Assembly (NCBI GenBank): GCA_048885865.1
Contig: JBHLLF010000006.1
Coordinates: 63,306-127,305 of the forward strand
Direction: 5' to 3'
Origin: Candidatus Hermodarchaeota archaeon
GTDB lineage: Archaea; Asgardarchaeota; Thorarchaeia; Thorarchaeales; Thorarchaeaceae
DNA: 64,000 nt
Below are positions 29,821 through 38,074 of this stretch, one piece after another (position 1 is the first letter of the stretch; every line of letters starts with the position of its first letter). A program made the position numbers and the translations under genes. The notes beneath the pieces are model-generated. The model was not told the origin of the DNA, did no database searches, and saw only the letters and a program-made list of their open reading frames with translations.

Positions 29821-31545
29821 ATGACTATGTTGACAGGTGGCGAGGTCCTCGCCAGGTGTCTCATCGAGGAAGGAGTGAAGTATGTCTTCGGTGTTCCCGG
29901 AGACCAGCTGTATCCATTGCTTGACTCGTTTCATGCCTCAGATGCGATTGAATTCGTAACATTTCGACATGAACAAGCTGCTGCTCATGCTGCAGATGCA
30001 TGGGCTAGAACAACTGGTGAGCCAGGCGTTTGTTTGGGGACGGTTGGACCGGGAGCAGCTGATCTTGTGCCAGGGGTGTATCCCGCCTTTGCAGATAGTA
30101 TTCCAATGATTGTGCTATGCGCCCAGAACCAGTCTTGGAGAATTCATCCTGACCATGGTAGCACTCAAGGGCTAGACCAGCTGAATCTCTTCAAGCCAAT
30201 CACAAAATGGGGTGCAACCATATCTCATTGGCAAAGAATTCCGCATCTGGTGCACTGGGCCTTCAGAGAAGCACTCGCAGGTAGACCCGGACCTGTGTTT
30301 CTAGATGTTCCATCTGATGTCCTCTATCTCAAGTGCGATGAGGCTACGCTAGAAGATGGGATAGTTCCCAAGAATCAATACAGAGTGACACATCGCCCCG
30401 TGGGTGCTCCCGATCTTATCACAAAGGCAGCGGACATGCTTCTCAATGCTCAGTTTCCGATAATTCACGCAGGAGGCGGGATCCTGGCGTCAGAAGCCTC
30501 TGAGGAGCTAATTGCAATTGCAGAACATCTCCAGGCTCCAGTTACAACATCCGTCGGTGCTAGAGGCTCAATCCCTGAAGACCATCCATTGTCACTTGTC
30601 CCTGCTAGCTTCGGTGCAATAGGCGCTCAATGTCAGTCAGACATGGTGCTACTTGTGGGAGGAAAGCTTGGAGACCTTGATTTCTGGGGTCGGGCGCCTG
30701 GTTGGGGTGATTGTGCCGACCAGAAGCTGATTCAAATCGATATTGCTCCGGAAATGATTGCTTTGAACCGAGTGGTTGATTTAGGCATTGTCGGAGATGC
30801 AAAAAGCACACTCGCTGAGCTTCTGAAGATAATCAAAAAGAAGCCAAAGGCGAAACCAAGACCAGAGATGGCTGATTGCAGGGAAGCACAAGACAACTGG
30901 CTTGAAGACTTTGTGGAACAGGGAAAATCTGACAACACACCTATCCATCCACTTAGACTTGTGCAAGAGGTGCGTGACTTCTTCCCACGTGATGCAATCT
31001 CAGTTGTTGATGGCGGAAACATAGCTGTTTGGGCAATCTACCTCAACAGAATCTACGAGCCTAGAACATTCCTCTGGCCATCAGACTCCGGTCATCTTGG
31101 TGTTGGCACAGGATATGCCATTGCCTCGAAACTCGCACATCCAGAAAAGGAGGTGTATGTCATCTCGGGAGACGGGGCGTTCATGTTCAATGCTCAGGAG
31201 CTTGAAACTGCAAGACGACTGAAGGTGCCATTCACCATCGTTGTTGCTAATGATAGGGCATATGGCATGATCAAAGCAGGTCAGAAGGGTCTCTATGAAG
31301 AGAGGTATGTTGGTGTGGACTTTGTAGATGTGAGATATGACAAGATTGCAGAAGCTATGGGTTGCTTTGGCGTAAGGGTTGAGAAACCTAAAGACATAGC
31401 ACCTGCACTTGAGAAGGCAAAAGAATCAGGTCTACCATCAGTTATTGACGTGGTAATCGATCCAGACGTCAATCTAGTGCCACCTGACTTTGATTCTGTT
31501 GCCTCTGTATGGCTTGAAGGTTGTCAGTTACCAGGTGATGAGTAA
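29821..31545 (+). CDS. Thiamine-diphosphate-dependent enzyme (acetolactate synthase / 2-hydroxyacyl-CoA lyase-like)
   Basis: FGVPG, RHEQAA, GPG, GRPGPV, GDGAF...ND TPP-binding motif. Confidence 0.88.
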   Translation: MTMLTGGEVLARCLIEEGVKYVFGVPGDQLYPLLDSFHASDAIEFVTFRHEQAAAHAADAWARTTGEPGVCLGTVGPGAADLVPGVYPAFADSIPMIVLCAQNQSWRIHPDHGSTQGLDQLNLFKPITKWGATISHWQRIPHLVHWAFREALAGRPGPVFLDVPSDVLYLKCDEATLEDGIVPKNQYRVTHRPVGAPDLITKAADMLLNAQFPIIHAGGGILASEASEELIAIAEHLQAPVTTSVGARGSIPEDHPLSLVPASFGAIGAQCQSDMVLLVGGKLGDLDFWGRAPGWGDCADQKLIQIDIAPEMIALNRVVDLGIVGDAKSTLAELLKIIKKKPKAKPRPEMADCREAQDNWLEDFVEQGKSDNTPIHPLRLVQEVRDFFPRDAISVVDGGNIAVWAIYLNRIYEPRTFLWPSDSGHLGVGTGYAIASKLAHPEKEVYVISGDGAFMFNAQELETARRLKVPFTIVVANDRAYGMIKAGQKGLYEERYVGVDFVDVRYDKIAEAMGCFGVRVEKPKDIAPALEKAKESGLPSVIDVVIDPDVNLVPPDFDSVASVWLEGCQLPGDE

Positions 31546-32559
31546 TTGAAAGCTGCTGTGTATGAGGGTGCAGACGATATTCAAGTGAAAGAGGTTCCAG
31601 AGCCAGAAATTGGGCCTAGTGATGTCCTTGTCAGACCCAAATATGTTGGCATCTGCGGAACAGACCTGAGTGCATGGGAATATGGTATGTACGAGGGCGG
31701 ACTAATCATGGGTCACGAGTTCTCGGGTGAAGTCGTTGATGTGGGAGAGAATGTAAGCAAATGGAAAAAGGGAGATAGAGTAGTTCCGAATTCATTGATT
31801 CCTTGTGGTAAATGCTCATTCTGTTCCAAGAGCAGGCATTCACTGTGTGAAGATATGCAGATGGTCGGCATATCCATGGACGGGGGACTAGCTGAGCTAG
31901 TAGGGTTGCCTGAAGTTGTGCTGCACCGACTCCCTGACTCAATGGACTACAAGACTGGTGTCTTTGTAGAGCCACTCTCAATTGCCATTAGAGGATTCAA
32001 GAGAACCAGTTTCGAAACTGGTGAGACCGTTCTTATCCTAGGCACGGGTCCAATCGGGTTGCTTAGTATCCAGCTTGCCCAGCTGAAGGGTGCATCAGCC
32101 ATCTACGCATCAGAAGTGAAGCCTGCCAGACTTGAGATGGCAGAAAGATGCGGCATAAAGGCAGCTATCAATGCCGAGAAGGAATCAGTTGCTCTGAGAA
32201 TCGAGAGCTTCACTGAGGGCTCAGGTGTAGATTTAGTAGTAGAATGTACGGGGGCTCCTGGACCCACCGCTGAATCTTTTCAGCTTGTCAAAAGAGGTGG
32301 TACTATTCTGGTCCTTGGAATAAGTGAAGAGCCGGTGGAGGTTGACTTCATGACTGGAGTCCTCAACGAATTGAATGTTCAGTTCAGTTACCTGGGCTAT
32401 GCAGAGTTCCCTGAGGCAATAGAACTACTTGAGAATAGGAAAATTGATCCAACACCCTTTGTCACAAAGATTGTGCCATTGGAGCGTGTTGTTGAGGAGG
32501 GGTTTGAGGCACTGACCCATCCTGAAAGCAATGAAGTGAAAGTGCTTGTAGAGATATGA
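31546..32559 (+). CDS. Zn-dependent medium-chain alcohol dehydrogenase
   Basis: GICGTD, GHEFSG, C..C..C......C, G.GPIG. Confidence 0.9.
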   Translation: MKAAVYEGADDIQVKEVPEPEIGPSDVLVRPKYVGICGTDLSAWEYGMYEGGLIMGHEFSGEVVDVGENVSKWKKGDRVVPNSLIPCGKCSFCSKSRHSLCEDMQMVGISMDGGLAELVGLPEVVLHRLPDSMDYKTGVFVEPLSIAIRGFKRTSFETGETVLILGTGPIGLLSIQLAQLKGASAIYASEVKPARLEMAERCGIKAAINAEKESVALRIESFTEGSGVDLVVECTGAPGPTAESFQLVKRGGTILVLGISEEPVEVDFMTGVLNELNVQFSYLGYAEFPEAIELLENRKIDPTPFVTKIVPLERVVEEGFEALTHPESNEVKVLVEI

Positions 32560-32573
32560 AAGGAGGAAATGAA

Positions 32574-33008
32574 ATGGCAGACAGAATGGAGCTTGGAAAT
32601 GACAATTACCTGAAGTTGTTCAAGGAGAATCTCAATAAAGATGAGGAGTACATGAATCTAGCATCTAGTGTGATTGACTCCTATACTCTTGTTCTGCAGG
32701 CAGAACCAGATAAGGGTATAGAGGACACCATGGTTGTGGGATTCGAAATAAAGGAAGGCAAGATGACAGACATTTGGACCGGTGAGCGTGAAACTTCCTT
32801 TATTCTGAGTGCACCCTATCGTGTTTGGGTGGATATCCTGCTTGGGAAAATCAGTGCAAATAGGGCGTTCATCACTCGAAAGCTCAAGATCAAGGGCAAT
32901 ATGCCTAGACTACTAAAGACTGCAAAGGCAACTGATCGTCTTGTGGCGATTCTGCGTGAGATGCCCACTGAGTTCCATGGAGAATATAGTCAGTATTCCT
33001 TTGGCTGA
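32574..33008 (+). CDS. SCP2 sterol/lipid-binding domain protein
   Basis: A.Y.VW..IL.GK.....AFITRKLKIKGNM..LLK motif; GGAGG RBS before ATG 32574. Confidence 0.8.
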   Translation: MADRMELGNDNYLKLFKENLNKDEEYMNLASSVIDSYTLVLQAEPDKGIEDTMVVGFEIKEGKMTDIWTGERETSFILSAPYRVWVDILLGKISANRAFITRKLKIKGNMPRLLKTAKATDRLVAILREMPTEFHGEYSQYSFG

Positions 33009-33014
33009 GAACAG

Positions 33015-33839
33015 ATGGCTGGTTCAAGTATGGGAAGTGTGAGAATCTTCGATATAGGGCGTCCCCTCATCATGGCACACAGGGGCGACCCCAGTGCAGC
33101 ACCAGAGAACTCCCGATCGTCTATGGAATCAGCGATAAAGGTGGGTGTTGATTTCCTCGAAACCGATGTGAGAATGACAAAGGATGAACACCTTATTCTA
33201 TTCCATGATGCTAATCTGCTGAGGACAACAGGTAGAGCTGGAAGAGTACAGGACTACAGCTTAGAGGAATTGAGAGAGCTAGACATTGGATACAACTACA
33301 CCGTTGACGGAACCTCCTACCCATTCCGTGGAAAGGGCCATCATGTAGTCACCATTGAGGAGGCCTTTGAGGCCTATCCCGATACCAAGTTTACAGTTGA
33401 CATCAAAGACTCAGCCCCTAGAGCACCAGCCCTATTAGCTAAAGCAATTGCGGATAGCAACCGACTGGATTCGGTGATTGTGGCATCTTTCAAACCTCCA
33501 CAGATGAAGAGATTTCGCGATTTAGTTCCAAATGCTTTAACGTCAGCTCATCCTGGAGAGGTGAGAAACTTCGTATTGGGAGTGCGACTCAGGGCTGTTG
33601 GTAAACTTGTGAAAAGAATTCAATATCGCGCCTTTCATGTCCCAGTCAAGTATGGACCACTTAGGGTTGTGAATAGCAGATTCGTGGAAGAAGCACATAA
33701 GCGGGATATAGCTGTACAGGTCTGGACCATCAATGACAGAGAAGAGATGGAGTGGCTAATTGATCTGGGTGTCGATGGAATTTTCACGGATGAGCCTATG
33801 CTGATGCGAGATGTACTCACTGACCGGGGATTGCTATAG
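33015..33839 (+). CDS. Glycerophosphodiester phosphodiesterase
   Basis: AHRG, PENS, ETDV..TKD..L.HD, WTIND, GVDGIFTD. Confidence 0.92.
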   Translation: MAGSSMGSVRIFDIGRPLIMAHRGDPSAAPENSRSSMESAIKVGVDFLETDVRMTKDEHLILFHDANLLRTTGRAGRVQDYSLEELRELDIGYNYTVDGTSYPFRGKGHHVVTIEEAFEAYPDTKFTVDIKDSAPRAPALLAKAIADSNRLDSVIVASFKPPQMKRFRDLVPNALTSAHPGEVRNFVLGVRLRAVGKLVKRIQYRAFHVPVKYGPLRVVNSRFVEEAHKRDIAVQVWTINDREEMEWLIDLGVDGIFTDEPMLMRDVLTDRGLL

Positions 33840-33909
33840 GCTAACGAGTGTTAACCCTCGAATGCGTATAGAATCACTAGGATTAGGGAGAGGCAGAATA
33901 GCTTAATAT

Positions 33910-34131
33910 GTGCCCTCAGAGGGATTACACTTCGAAGTCACTCGGATCTCACTAGGGGACCGAGATTTGACGAAGACCGTGTTGGTGAATAGACTAATGA
34001 CCTGTCCGGAATACGATGCAGCTGAAGGCAAATGCGGGGTAGATGGCTTCAAGTTCTATACGGGGATGCAAAAGCCCTGTGAAACACCGGGAATCAGCAA
34101 GGAAAAATGTCCTAGATTCGCGATGTCCTAG
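33910..34131 (+). CDS. Small Cys-rich hypothetical protein
   Basis: 73 aa with four Cys; shares a C..YDA....C...G..FY pattern with the 6200-6457 protein. Confidence 0.5.
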   Translation: MPSEGLHFEVTRISLGDRDLTKTVLVNRLMTCPEYDAAEGKCGVDGFKFYTGMQKPCETPGISKEKCPRFAMS

Positions 34132-34270
34132 TAGAACACATCCTTCAAAGCCCCCAATCGGGGCTGAACCCGACCAGGGCGTCAGGCTTCAGTCCTACCA
34201 TATTATTTCTGCAGTTTCTGTATGATTCTGGAGTGGTATCCACATCTAATGGACTGTTAGCTGTAGAGTG

Positions 34271-34326
34271 AAAATGAAAAAAGAAGGAAAGGAGGGGTGA
34301 AGGGTGAGGGCCCCAGAGCCCGCAAA
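34271..34326 (-). terminator. Pyrimidine/U-rich terminator tract after the GTPase operon
   Basis: Minus strand reads ...CCCTTCACCCCTCCTTTCCTTCTTTTTTCATTTT just after the Rab gene stop. Confidence 0.45.
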
Positions 34327-34845
34327 TCAATTTTCACTCGCCAGAGAGCGAGCGACGACCTCAAACAACTCTGAGATACCCTCTCCAGTTTTTGCAGATA
34401 CTTCTACACAGGCGGCTCCGTATCTCGCGGCGAACTCTCGCCCCTCTTCCAAAGGCACGCCTTGCCCATTTTGCCTCTCATCGATTTTGTTTCCAACAAA
34501 GATGAGCTGGCAGTCAGGAGCGTTCTCTTTCACGCGACTAATCCAATCAATGAGACGTTCAAGAGAGAAGTACCTGTTTGCATCGTAGACGGCAAGAGCT
34601 ACTCTTGCCCCTTTGAAGTATCCAGAAACTACATCCCTGAATCTGGGTTGACCCCCAAGATCCCAGAGCATCAGCCGGACACTATCTTCCTCCAGAAAGA
34701 CCTCCTTAGAAGCGAAATTGACGCCTATTGTCATCTTCATCTCTTCATCGAATCGGTTCTCAGTGTAACGAACGGTGATGCTGGTCTTGCCAACACCTCC
34801 TTCGCCAACTAGAACCATCTTGTAGATTGGGCTCCGAAGTGCCAT
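34327..34845 (-). CDS. Rab-like small GTPase (Ras superfamily)
   Basis: GEGGVGKT, TIGVNF, WDLGGQ.RF, GNKID, EVSAKTG; no C-terminal Cys. Confidence 0.92.
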   Translation of the reverse strand: MALRSPIYKMVLVGEGGVGKTSITVRYTENRFDEEMKMTIGVNFASKEVFLEEDSVRLMLWDLGGQPRFRDVVSGYFKGARVALAVYDANRYFSLERLIDWISRVKENAPDCQLIFVGNKIDERQNGQGVPLEEGREFAARYGAACVEVSAKTGEGISELFEVVARSLASEN

Positions 34846-34846
34846 T

Positions 34847-36232
34847 CTATAGTACCTCCGGACGAACTGTGCCTAGGAGCTGGTCAGCTCGGCCGGTGAC
34901 ACCTAGCCAGAACATAATGTACGCGAGGAGCAGCGTTGAGCTTGGAACGAGGCCAACAGATGTGAACTCGCCTTGAGTGAACATTCCAATTACGCTACCA
35001 ACGGCCAACAGGATAAGTCCAAGACCAAGAAACAAGGGTCTGCTTCTTCCCATAGCATCTACTTTTCTCATCCTGTACCAGAGCAAGAAATACAGTCCGA
35101 GCGGGACCATGTTCTGGATCATGTTTGTCATTCCATAGAAGGCTCCATAGCCAACAATGTTGTCTACTGGGGTAGGATAGCTCATCAGCATAAAGACCAT
35201 AGCTGGCGCTGCGATTAGAATTGGAAGCAATAGTATTCTTCGCCAATCAAGGGCAACAAAAGCGCTGAGATTGACGAACATCATAGCCATGAGGCCAAGG
35301 ATAGAGCTTGTGTAGTCATTCATCGTGCCAGTCAGTGCGCCGAGATAAGTCAGTGCCACGATGATGTAGCTCACAGACCCTACAATGAAGTAGACAGCCA
35401 ACAGACCAGTCGCAGGATTTCGTCTCTCACGGAATCTCGTAAATGTGAATGTGCTTGTCGCGAATCCTACAACCGCCAACAACGCCAGAAGACTCACTGA
35501 AACAGAGAGCATTGCATCTCCGGTCCCAATCGCTACAACGTAGGAGAGGAAGAACGCGACGACATTGATGGACAAAGCATAGCCAAAGAGCTCAATTGAA
35601 ACGCCGAGTTCAGGCTTGAGAAATGCCCAGATGGTCAGAGCTGGACCCAATAGCCGAATTCCTAGAAGGGCCGCGATCATTGAAGGATCAGTCGACGTAC
35701 TTGCCATTGGATATATGATATAAGAAACGATAAGGAATAGTAGAGCAATGGCTGTGATTCTCCCGGTTTTTCGTGCCAAATAGGCAAAGAGCACGATTGG
35801 CACTAGGTTGAGAATAAGGGATATTGGGCCTACCACCATACCGAAGCTTACTGTCAGCTCCATGAATACGATGGCGTACGTGTAGACTGTTCCAAGGGCT
35901 AGCATCACGATTGGAATGAATATAGCTCGCCTCCACTCCAATATCATGAGGGCCGCAATTGCGAATAATGCAGCTGCTAGCATTGTTGTGGCGTAATATG
36001 TTGCAGTCAACACTGAAGCAGCAGCATCAAGTGGAAGCTGATAGTTCAAGAACGAAGCCACTGCCAGTGTTAAGATTCCTATTGCTGACAGATACAAAGG
36101 CTGACCTGCACCTCTCTCTTCAGGAGAAAGGTCCGCGGTCCGCAGCCTTGTATATCGAGTTAAAATGATGGCTGCAAGAATCAATGTAACTGCCATCAGA
36201 AGTTCTGATGCATCTTGTACGAGTATTTGCAT
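34847..36232 (-). CDS. 15-TM membrane protein (duplicated 7-TM unit plus linker helix)
   Basis: About 15 hydrophobic segments; internal repeat LEWRRAIFIP / LDWRRILLLP; GGGGTGA RBS before ATG 36232 (track start 36265). Confidence 0.75.
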   Translation of the reverse strand: MQILVQDASELLMAVTLILAAIILTRYTRLRTADLSPEERGAGQPLYLSAIGILTLAVASFLNYQLPLDAAASVLTATYYATTMLAAALFAIAALMILEWRRAIFIPIVMLALGTVYTYAIVFMELTVSFGMVVGPISLILNLVPIVLFAYLARKTGRITAIALLFLIVSYIIYPMASTSTDPSMIAALLGIRLLGPALTIWAFLKPELGVSIELFGYALSINVVAFFLSYVVAIGTGDAMLSVSVSLLALLAVVGFATSTFTFTRFRERRNPATGLLAVYFIVGSVSYIIVALTYLGALTGTMNDYTSSILGLMAMMFVNLSAFVALDWRRILLLPILIAAPAMVFMLMSYPTPVDNIVGYGAFYGMTNMIQNMVPLGLYFLLWYRMRKVDAMGRSRPLFLGLGLILLAVGSVIGMFTQGEFTSVGLVPSSTLLLAYIMFWLGVTGRADQLLGTVRPEVL

Positions 36233-36243
36233 TTCTTTCACCC

Positions 36244-36633
36244 CTATAGCATCTTCGAAGCCCAATCTCCTGCGCGCTCACCAGCACCTGCGGCCTTGTG
36301 GGCGACTTCACGAATCAACTCTATGGTGTCCTCTGTGATTATGCCGTCCATGCCGTTATCGAGAATGGCTTTGACCTTTCGATTCAGATCAGCTGCATCT
36401 TTGTCATCCCGGTCATGAACGCTAACCACGAAGGAATTCTCTGTTCGTGACATAAGCATCCGAAACTTGTCCAGAGAGAGCTCCTCAAGGTCAGTTCCTG
36501 ACATCTGTTGAGTGTACATCTGAATTGCAGAGAGAAATCCTCCGAAGAGGACTTCATCTACCGTGAATTCTCCGATGTTTATTGCAGCCTGGGTTTCCCC
36601 GGCGTGATTCACTATGTAAACTCCCTGTAACAT
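36244..36633 (-). CDS. Longin-like domain protein
   Basis: GVYIVNHAGE, LFGGFLSAIQMY..QM....LEELSL, FVVSVHD..D fit the longin beta-beta-alpha-beta-beta-beta-alpha pattern of Asgard proteins. Confidence 0.75.
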   Translation of the reverse strand: MLQGVYIVNHAGETQAAINIGEFTVDEVLFGGFLSAIQMYTQQMSGTDLEELSLDKFRMLMSRTENSFVVSVHDRDDKDAADLNRKVKAILDNGMDGIITEDTIELIREVAHKAAGAGERAGDWASKML

Positions 36634-36645
36634 TACTGCTCTCAC

Positions 36646-36903
36646 CTAGAAGTTATCCATCCAGCCCTGTGCTTTATCTACAGCATCTTTTTCGTCTTGT
36701 ATTGCCTCAGCAGCGGCCTCAACATCTCTTACGGTAATGTTTCTGTCCACAAACAATACAACTGCATGGCCCTTGCCACATTTTGCGGGAACGATTACAG
36801 GAACTCGGTCTGCGTTCTTAATCGATTCCACATCTACCGTGACGCCGTCCACGACTGCTCCACACACTGGGCAGGGAACGGGTGAAAGTGTACGTTTGGT
36901 CAC
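36646..36903 (-). CDS. Small Asgard-type zinc-binding protein (CxxC...C..GH..LFVD.N..VR)
   Basis: CPVC, C.KGHAVVLFVDRNITVRDVE. GTG 36903 is the likely start because the track start 36981 lies within the operator. Confidence 0.65.
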   Translation of the reverse strand: MTKRTLSPVPCPVCGAVVDGVTVDVESIKNADRVPVIVPAKCGKGHAVVLFVDRNITVRDVEAAAEAIQDEKDAVDKAQGWMDNF

Positions 36904-36948
36904 GTCTTGCACCCATTTGGTTCGCGTTTTTGGTCCCCACCATTCCGC

Positions 36949-37000
36949 TCCCATTATGGGAAGAATGGGCAAGTTTCCCATAATGGGAACTCTATATAAA
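36949..37000 (-). promoter_or_regulatory. TATA box (TTTATATA) with twin palindromic operators TCCCAT[A/T]ATGGGA
   Basis: TCCCATTATGGGA at 36949-36961 and TTCCCATAATGGGAA at 36975-36989; minus-strand TTTATATA at 36993-37000. Confidence 0.65.
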
Positions 37001-37223
37001 CTAGTCTCGAATGTATTCCTAATAGGAAATATGATGAGATACTAAGAGGTTCTTGGTGCGACAGGGCATGATAAGTCAGGGAAATTCAGGAAAAGGAGTC
37101 AGAACAGTGAGATAGGAGTCTGTCCGAGGATTTGTTAAAAGCGAGTGTAGGAAGGGCTGTTTGGGACCAACATTATAGGAGGTTACCGGGATTCCGAAGA
37201 AACCCCTTTCAAGAAAACCATTC

Positions 37224-37988
37224 ATGTTGATGCTTCAAGATGATTCTGGTGAAGTAACGCCTGTCAAGCTTGATGCATCACTAGTCAATAGCGACTCTGC
37301 CGTCATTGTGCTTGACGAGATTAATGATACATGCTGGGTATTTGTAGGGCGTAATGTAAACATGCCCACACGAATGCACGCACTTCGAATTGGGAAGAGT
37401 GTTGCGAAGTCAGGACACAAGATAGGGATCACCAACATTGGAATGGCATCCACGCACTATGTCGAGATGCTAGAGAAAGATGCTGGCGATCCTGAGGTCG
37501 CCGGAGCCATTGAACGATTCAGAGAAGCTATCACTAGGAGATGGCAATTTGAAGACAAATTCTTGGCATTTGATGCTGGACCGGGCCCTCCGATAGCAGG
37601 TGAAACAAGACCAGCTAAACCAGAACCTGAGCCAGAACGTCAGCCAGAACCTGAGCCACCCCCGCCTGTTCCTGAAACACCCACTATCACAGCTACAACA
37701 GTCACAGAAGAACCTGAGCCATCGCCAGTCGTCGCCCCTCCTTCAGGTGCGGCTGAGCAAAAGACTGCATACCTGATATACTCAGCAGTTCGAAACGCAG
37801 ACTTAGTCTATACAGAACGCTTCGAGCGCGATGGAAAGATGGGTGTCAAAATAGAGGCCCCAGGAATTATGGTAATCGAAGCAGTACAGGATGGAGACGA
37901 CCTTCATATCGACCCAGCCGACTTTGGTGACTCTGACGAAGCATCACAAATCAAAGCTGACTATGAATCATGGGTTGGCAAGCTCTAG
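37224..37988 (+). CDS. Gelsolin-like domain + Pro-rich linker + C-terminal domain (1DGelX-like)
   Basis: LVNSDSAVIVLDE..DTCWVFVG......R..A matches the gelsolin core; PEPEPERQPEPEPPPPVPETP linker. Confidence 0.6.
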   Translation: MLMLQDDSGEVTPVKLDASLVNSDSAVIVLDEINDTCWVFVGRNVNMPTRMHALRIGKSVAKSGHKIGITNIGMASTHYVEMLEKDAGDPEVAGAIERFREAITRRWQFEDKFLAFDAGPGPPIAGETRPAKPEPEPERQPEPEPPPPVPETPTITATTVTEEPEPSPVVAPPSGAAEQKTAYLIYSAVRNADLVYTERFERDGKMGVKIEAPGIMVIEAVQDGDDLHIDPADFGDSDEASQIKADYESWVGKL

Positions 37989-38074
37989 CTCCTCCATTCT
38001 CCAGCGGCAGACCTGGTAGGATACAAGATTCGGTGGGACCTCTTTGGAGGTCCCTCCTACAAGGTATGTTTGTT

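Noticed and set aside
34148-34195. GC-rich hairpins with a GGGTTCAGCCCC segment resembling a tRNA T-arm or SECIS
   Set aside because: No cloverleaf, acceptor stem or anticodon arm can be built, and no in-frame TGA selenoprotein candidate is adjacent. More likely terminator structure between convergent genes.
36633-36648. In-frame TAG junctions (Zn protein/longin here; also galT/galK at 39880 and permease/ATPase at 54714) suggesting pyrrolysine or amber read-through fusions
   Set aside because: Two of the junctions are TAGGTGA, i.e. the stop overlaps the AGGTGA ribosome-binding site of a downstream ATG. Each gene is a complete domain, and a similar zero-gap junction uses TAA (31545). Translational coupling is sufficient explanation.
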